Below, piece by piece: positions 56,991 through 64,000 of a stretch of 64,000 nucleotides of DNA. The stretch is from the human T2T-CHM13v2.0 reference genome, Homo sapiens. The notes below the pieces were generated by a model that worked only from the letters and a program-made list of their open reading frames with translations, did no database searches and was not told the origin of the DNA. The stretch is taken from the NCBI GenBank assembly GCA_009914755.4, contig CP086569.2, forward strand, positions 12,576,001-12,640,000, read 5' to 3'. The first letter of the stretch is position 1. Each line of letters opens with the position of its first letter. Position numbers and translations under genes: made by a program.

Positions 56991-59900
56991 TGGAATGGAA
57001 TGGAAGGGAATGGACCCAAATGTAATAGACTAGAATGGAATGGAGTCAAATGGAATGGAATCGAAAGGAATGTTCTCGAATGGAATTTGTTCGAACAGAA
57101 TGGAATCGACTGAAATGTAATAGTATGGAATTCAACCGAATGAAATGTAAACGAATGGAATGGACTGGAATAGAACGGACGCCAATGTAATGGATTGCAA
57201 TGTTATTTATTCGAATGGAATGGATTCGAATGTATTATAGTCTAATGGAATGGAATGGAATGCAATGGAATGGAATAGAATGGAATGGACTGGAATAAAA
57301 TGCAATAGAACAGATTGGAATCGAAAAGAACGGGATAGAATGGAATGGAATGAACTCGAATTGAATACAGTCGAATGGAATGGAATTGATTGGAATGGAA
57401 TCATTTGGAAAGGATTTGAATGGAATCAAAAGAATAGAATGGAATGGAGTATAATGGAAAGATATCAAATGGAATGGAATGGAATGGAATGGAATGGACT
57501 CAAATGGAATGGAATGGAATGGCAAGGACTCGAATGGAATGTACTAGAGAGGAGTGTAATGGAAAAGAATGGCATGGAATGGAATGGAATGGATTAGAAT
57601 GGAATGGAATCGGATGGAACAGAATGGAATGGAATGGATTGGAATGGAATCGAATGAAATGGACTCAAATGGAAGAGAATCAAATGTAATGGCAACCAGT
57701 GGAATGGAATGGAATGGACCCAAATGTAATGGACTCGAATGGAATAGACTCAAATAGCATTGATTCTAAAGGAATGGTCTCCAATGGAATGTATTCGAAT
57801 AGAATGGAATCGAATAGAATGCAATATTATGGAATGGAATCGAATAGAACGGAATCGAATGGAATGGATTGGAATAGATGGACTCGAACGTAATGGATAG
57901 CAATGCTATTGATTTGTAAGGAATGGAATCAAATGGAGTGGTATGCTATTTAATGGAATCGAATGGAATGCAATGGAATGGAATGGAGTGGAATCGAGTT
58001 GAATGGAATCGAATGTAAGGGAATTGAATGGATTGGAATGGAATGGCCTGGAACAAAAGGGAATTGAACGGATTGGAGTCGAACTGAACGTAATGGAATT
58101 TAATGGAGTGGAATGGAATGGACTCGAATGGAATGGAGTCAAAGGGAATGGAACCGAATGGAATCAAATGGAATGTAAACAAATGGAAAGTAATGGAAGG
58201 CAATGGAATGGAATAGAATGGAATGCAATGGAAAGGAACGGAGTGGAATCGAGTGGAATTGAATCGAAAGGAATAGAATTGAATGTAATGGCCAAGAATG
58301 GAATGGACTTGGGACAAAATGGAATTCAACGGATTGGAATCAAACAGAACGGAATGAAATGGAATGGAACGGAAAGGACTCGAATAGAATGGAATCAAAT
58401 GGAAAGCAATTGAATGGTATGGAATCAAATGCAATGGAACTGAGTGGAATAGAATTGAAAGCAATGGAAGGCAATGGAAAGATATCGAATGGAATGTAAT
58501 GGAATGGACTCGAATACAATGGACTGGAATGGAATGGACTCGAATTGAATTGACTGGAGTGGAATGGACTCAAATGGAATGAAATGGACAGGAATATAAT
58601 GGAATGGATCGGATGGAAGGGATTGGAATATAATGGAGTCAAATGGAATAGAATCGAATGGAATGGCATGAAATGGAACGGAACGGAATGGAATGGAATG
58701 GACTTGAAAGGAATGGATTCTCATGGAATACAGTCGAATGGAATGGCATCGAATGGAATGGATTGTAATTTCTTGAAATGGAATGCACCTAAATGTAGTG
58801 GACACAAATGGAATGGACTCAAATAGAATGGATTCGCAAGGAATGGGCTCGAATGGAATTCGTTCGAGTAGAATCAAATCGAAGGCAATGCAATAGTATT
58901 GAATGGAATCGAATGGAATTCAATAGAATGGAATGGACAGGAATGGAATGGATTGGAATAGAGTGGATACGAATGTAATTAATTGCAATATAATAGATTC
59001 GAATGGAATGCAATAGAATGGATTCTAATCAAATAGAATGGAATATAATGCAATGGAATAGAATAGAATTGAATGCAAAGGAATGTAACAGTGCAGAATC
59101 AAGAGGATTGGAATCCTATGGAATAGAATCAATTAGAATGGAATAGAATTGAATGGACTGGAATGGAATGGACTGGAAAAAATGGAATTGAATGGATTGG
59201 AATAGAAAGGAACGGAATGGAATGGAATGGAATGGAATGGAATGGAATGGAATGGACTCGAAGGGAACGGATTGCAATCGAGTGGAATGGAATCCAATGG
59301 AATAGAATCCAATGGAATGGAATCCAATGGAATGGACTGGAATGGCATAGACTCGAATGGAACGGAAAGGAACAAAATGGAATTGAATGGATTGGAATAG
59401 AAAGGAATGGAATGGAATGCAAAGGAATGGAATGGAATGGAGCAGAATGGAATGAAATGGAATGGAATGGAATGGAATGGAATGGAATGGAATGGAATGG
59501 ATCCAAATGTAATGGAGTCGAATGGAATGGACTCAAATAGAATGGACTCAAAAGAATTGGTCTCCAATGCAATTTATTTGAATACAACGGAATCGAATTC
59601 AATGCAATAGTATGGAAAGGAATCAAATGTAATGGAATCAAATGGAATGGATCTGAATGAAATGGACTGGAATCAAACGGTCATGAATGTAATGGATTGC
59701 AAAGTAATTGTTACGAATGGAATGGAACCTTATGTTATGGACTAGAATAGAATAGACTGGAATAGAACGGACTCGAATATAATGGATTGTAATGTAATTG
59801 ATTCAAAAGTAATGTAATAAAATGGAATGAAATGGAAATCAATGGAATGGAAAAGAATGGAATGAAATGGAATGGAATGGATTGGAATTCAGTGGAATGG

Positions 59901-60528
59901 AATCGAATGGAATGGAATTGAATGGATTTCACTGGAATGGAATGGACTCGAATAGAATTTACGGGAACAAAAAGGAATCGAACGGATTGGAATCAAATGG
60001 AACGGAATAGAATGGAATGGGATGGAATCTAATGGAATGGAGTCGAATAGAATGGAAAGAAATGGAAGGGAATAAAATGGAATCTAATTGAATGGAATCA
60101 AAAAGAATAGAATGGAATGGAGTGTGAAGGAGAGATATTGAATGGAATGAAACGTAACAAAATGGAATCGAATTGAATGGAATCAAATGGAATGAAGTCG
60201 AATGAAATGGACTGGAAAGGAATGTATTCGAATGGAATGGAATGGAAAAAAATGAAATCGAACGAATTGGTGTCGAACTGAATGGAATGGAAAGGAAAGG
60301 GGTGGAATGGAATGGATTCGCATTGAATGGATTCAAATGGAATGGATTCAAATGGAATGGAATTGAATAGAATTGAATTGAAAGAAATAGAGTGGAATGG
60401 AGTGGAATGGAAAGATATCAAATGGAAATGGATGGAAGAGAATGGACTCAAATGGAATGGATTGGAATGGAATGGACCATAATGTCATGGACTGGAGTGG
60501 AATGGACTCGAATGGAATGGAAACGAAA

Positions 60529-60608
60529 GGAATGGAATGGAATGGAATGGAATGGAATGGAATGGAATGGAATGGAATGGAATGGAATGGAATGGAATGG
60601 AATGGAAT
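60529..60608 (+). repeat. Pure (GGAAT)16 tract, the longest perfect run I found
   Basis: Direct reading; both + ORFs 60392..60799 and 60397..60696 show MEWNG repeated. Confidence 0.9.
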
Positions 60609-61118
60609 TGGATGGAATGGTGTTGCACGGAATGGAATCGAATGGAATGCCATCGAATGGAATGGAAAGGAATGGACTCGAATGCAATGGAAATGAATTG
60701 AATGGAATGGAATGGAAAGGAATGGAATGGAAAGGAAAGAATAGAATGGAATGGAATGGAATCGGATGGAATGGAATGGAATGGAGTCAAAAGGAATAAA
60801 ATCGCATGGAATGGCATGGAATGGAATGGAATGGAATGGAATGGAATGGAATAGAAATGACTCAAATGGAATGGACTCGAATGGAATAGAATCAAATGGA
60901 ATGGACTGGCATGGAATGGACTGAAAAAATAATGGAATTGAATGCAATGGATTGCAAAGTAATTGATTCAAATGGAATGGAATCAAATGGAATGTAATCA
61001 ACTGGAATGGAATGCAATGCAATGGAATGGAATGGAATGCAATGTAATGGAATTGAATGGAATAGAATTTAATGGAATGGTTTTGAATGGAATGGAGTGG
61101 AATGAAATGGAATAGAAT

Positions 61119-61445
61119 GCACACAAATGTAATGGACTCTAATGAAATTGAATCAAATACAATGAACTGGAAAGGAATGGTATCGAATGGAATTTATTTG
61201 AATAGAAAGCAATCAAAAGGAAGGCAATAGTATGGAATGGAATAGAATGGAATGGAATGGAATGGAATGTACCTGAATGGAATGGACTGGAATAGAATGG
61301 ACTCGAATGTAATGGGTTGCAATGTAATTGATTCGAATGGAATGGAATCAAATGGAATGTAAACAAATGGAATTGAATGGAATCCAGTGGAATGGAATAG
61401 AATGAAATTCAATGGAATGGAACAGAGAGGAATCGAGTGGAATGG
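61119..61445 (+). repeat. Anchor block copy
   Basis: gcacacaaatgtaatggactc...aatttatttgaatagaaagcaatc...ggcaatagtatggaatgg...gggttgcaatgtaattgattcgaatgg...ggaacagagaggaatcgagtggaatgg, read directly. Confidence 0.7.
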
Positions 61446-64000
61446 ATTCGAATGGAATGGAATCAAATGGAATGGACTTCAATGTAATGCAGACGAATGG
61501 AATGGAATCAAATGGAATGCAATCCAATAGAATGGAATTGAATGTAATCAAAAGGAATAGAATGGAATAGAGTGTAATGGAAAGATATCGAATGGAATGT
61601 AATGGAATGGAATCAAATGGAATGGACTGGAATGGAATGGACAAGAATGGAATGGACTGGAATGGAATGGACGGAAATGGAATCGAAACGAATGGTGTGG
61701 AATGGAACTGAAAGTAATAGAATATAATGGAATCGGATGTAACAGAATGGAATTGAATGGAGTCGAATGGAATACAATATAATGGAATGGCTTTGAATGG
61801 AATGGAAAGGAATGGAATGGAAGGGACTCAAATGGAATGGACTCGAATGGATTAGAATAGACTGGAATGGTATTGAATGGAATCGAATGGAATGGAATTG
61901 ACCCAAATGTAATAGACTTGAAAGGAATGGAATCAAATAGAATGGACTCAAAAGCAATGGTCACAAATGGAATTTATTTGAATAGAATGGAATCGAATGG
62001 AATGCAAGAGTTTTTAATGGAAACGAATGGAATATACTGCAATGGAATGCACTGGAATATAAAGGACTAGAATGTAATGGACTGCAATGTATTTGATTCG
62101 AAAGGAATGGAATAGAAAGGAATGTAATCAAATGGAATTTAATGGAATGCAATTGAATGGAATAGAGAGGAATGTAATGGAATGGAACAGCATGGAATCG
62201 AGTTTAAGGGAATCGAATGGAATGGAATCGAATGGAATGGAATCAAATGGAATGGAATGGAATGGAATGGAATCAATTCGAATGGAATGGAATGGAATGG
62301 AATGGAATGGAATGGAATGGAATGGAATGGAATCAACTGGAATGGAATAGAATGGAATGGAACGGAAAGGACCCAAACGTAATGGACTCGAATGGAATAG
62401 ACGTAAATATAATTGACTCGAAATGAATGTTCTCCAAAGTAATTTATTCAAATAGTATGGAATCGAATGGAATGCAATAGTATGGAATGGAATCAAATGG
62501 AATGGACAGGAATGGAATGGATTGGAATAGAATGGACTCGAAAGTAATGGATTGCAATGGTGTTGAATTGAATGGAATGGAATCAAATGGAATGGTATGC
62601 AATTTAATGTAATAGAATGGGATTCAATGGAATGAAGTGGAATCGAGTTGAATGGAATCCAGTAGAAGGGAATCGAATGGATTGGACTGGAATGGAATGG
62701 TCTCGAATGAAATGTACTGGAACAAAACGGAATCGAACGGATTGGGGTCGAACTGAATGGAATGGAATTTAATAGAATGGAATGGAATGGACTGGAATAG
62801 AATGGAATTACCTGGAATGGAACCGAATGGAATCGAATGGAATGTAATGAAATGGAAAATAGTGAAAGGCAATGGAATGGAAAGGAATAGAATGGAATGC
62901 AATGGAATGAAATGGAGTGGAATCGAGTGGAATAGAATCGAATGGAATGGAATCGAATGTATTGGAATCGAATGGAATGGACTTGGGAAAAAATGGAAGC
63001 GAACGGATTAGAATCAAACAGAATGGAATGAAATTGAATGGAATGGAAAGGACTCGAATGGAATGGAGTCAAATGTAATGAAAATGAATGGTATGGAATT
63101 GATTGCAATGGAATTGAGTGGAATGGATTTGAATGCAATGGAGTTTAATGGAAAGATATCAAATGGAATGAAATGGAATGGACTCTCATTTAATTGACTG
63201 GAGTGGAATGGAATCGAATGGAATGGACTGGGGAGGAATGGACTCCAATGGAATGGAAATGAATGGAATGGAATGGACAGGAATATAGTGGAATAGAATC
63301 GGATGGAACAGAATGGAATGTAAGGGAGTCGAATGCAATAGAATCGAATACAATGGCATCAAATGGAATGGAATGGAATGGAATGGAATGAAATGGAATG
63401 GAATGGAATGGAATGGAATGGAATGGTTTGGACTTGAAAGGAATGCATTCTCATGGAATATATTCGAATGGAATGGCCTCGAACGGAATGGAATGGCATG
63501 GAATGGAATGGACCCAAATGTAGTGGAAACAAAAGGAATGGACTCAAATAGAATGGACTCGAAAGGAATGGGCTGGAATGGAATTCATTCGAGTAGAATG
63601 GAATCGAAGGGAATGCAATAGTATTGAATGGAATCGAATGGAATGGACCGGAATGGAATGGACTGGAATAGATCGGATAAGAATGTAATGGATTGCAATG
63701 TAATAGATTTGAATGGAATGGAAAAGAATGGATTCTAATCAAAAGGAATGGAATATGATGAACTGGAATGGAATAGAGTGGAATGCAATGGAATGGAACA
63801 GAGTAGAATCGAGAGGATTGGAATCCAATGGAATGAAATCAAATGGAATGGAATCGAATGGAATGGACTGGAACAAAATGGAATTGAATTGACTGGAATT
63901 GAAAGGAACGGAATGGAATGCAATGGAATTTAATGGATTGCACTCGAATGGAATGAAGTGGAATCGAGTGGAATGGAATCCAATGGAATGGAATTGAATG

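Larger units (their letters stand above)
1..64000 (+). repeat. Pentameric satellite array (GGAAT)n, human classical satellite III (HSat3)-like, spanning the whole window; G-rich strand on +
   Basis: Direct reading: GGAAT and one-substitution variants (CGAAT, GCAAT, GTAAT, GGAGT, GGACT, AGAAT) tile every line of the window. Orientation never switches. There is no non-satellite insert. Many HinfI (GANTC) and TaqI (TCGA) sites lie in 5-bp phase. The satellite-III 10-mer CAACCCGAGT is present. HSat2-type ATCATCGAATGG units are nearly absent. Confidence 0.93.

Noticed and set aside
1420-63742. About 45 minus-strand ORFs sharing a conserved about 75-aa peptide (…NPLHSSPFYSSPFHSGPFHSIPFHSIPFHTIAFHSIPFYSNKFHSRPFLSSPFYLSPFHSSPLHLGPFHSIPF…); it looks like a dispersed paralogous gene or domain family.
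   Set aside because: The shared peptide is just the conserved anchor DNA block read in one open frame. Conservation is at the DNA level (satellite homogenisation). Third-position changes are not favoured, and the peptides run straight into HSIPF repeat on both sides. I used it only as a marker of anchor copy number.
1-64000. Regular short repeats with semi-regular spacing; considered a CRISPR-like or prokaryotic repeat array.
   Set aside because: There is no repeat/unique-spacer alternation and the unit is 5 bp. The composition and motifs are those of primate classical satellite. There are no flanking cas-like ORFs, and the only ORFs are the artefacts above.
1-64000. HSat2 (HSATII) assignment instead of HSat3.
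   Set aside because: HSat2 is built from diverged (ATTCCATTCG)2 units rich in ATCATCGAATGG / AATCATC strings. I found almost none of these (isolated gaatcatgtgg at about 9070 and gatcatgaatgg at about 42826). The window is instead dominated by pure GGAAT runs and contains the satellite-III 10-mer.
1-64000. Canonical heat-shock elements (nGAAnnTTCnnGAAn) as regulatory features.
   Set aside because: GGAAT runs give only direct nGAAn iterations, and TTCGAA palindromes place TTC and GAA adjacent rather than 2 nt apart. I could not find a clean inverted three-unit HSE, so I do not annotate promoter or regulatory features. HSF1 association remains a locus-level inference only.

Overview
The whole 64 kb window is one uninterrupted array of a pentameric (GGAAT)n/(ATTCC)n satellite, with the purine-rich GGAAT strand on the + strand throughout. 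Three things point to human classical satellite III (HSat3) deep inside a pericentromeric heterochromatin block. GGAAT is dominant, with CGAAT/GCAAT/GTAAT/GGAGT/GGACT variant pentamers. The classical satellite-III 10-mer CAACCCGAGT occurs at 53040-53049. There are none of the ATCATC-rich units typical of HSat2. I see no unique sequence, no Alu/L1-type insertion, no RNA gene, no promoter and no credible protein-coding gene. Every ORF in the six-frame track is a stop-codon-free reading of the pentamer: MEWNG-type peptides on + and HSIPF-type on -, so I report no CDS. The real structure is at the repeat level. (1) An about 0.3 kb diverged 'anchor' block (GGACCCAAATGTAATGGACTCGAATGG...TTTATTCGAATAGAATGG...GCAATAGTATGG...GGATTGCAATGTAATTGATTCGAATGG...GGAGTGGAATCGAGTGG) recurs about 60 times, with modal spacing about 0.9 kb and range about 0.3-1.8 kb. 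It is usually followed by GGACTGGAACAAAATGGAATCGAACGGATTGGAATCGAACAGAA and, in many units, by a GTGTAATGGAAAGATATCGAATGG (EcoRV-site) motif. (2) There are long, recently homogenised pure (GGAAT)n tracts. (3) There are local tandem duplications of 29, about 60, about 250 and about 265 bp. (4) A (GGGAT)9 variant run is a canonical G-quadruplex motif. I cannot assign chromosome or HSat3 subfamily, or confirm any long-range higher-order repeat, without computation. I found no evidence of a novel biological system beyond satellite architecture.
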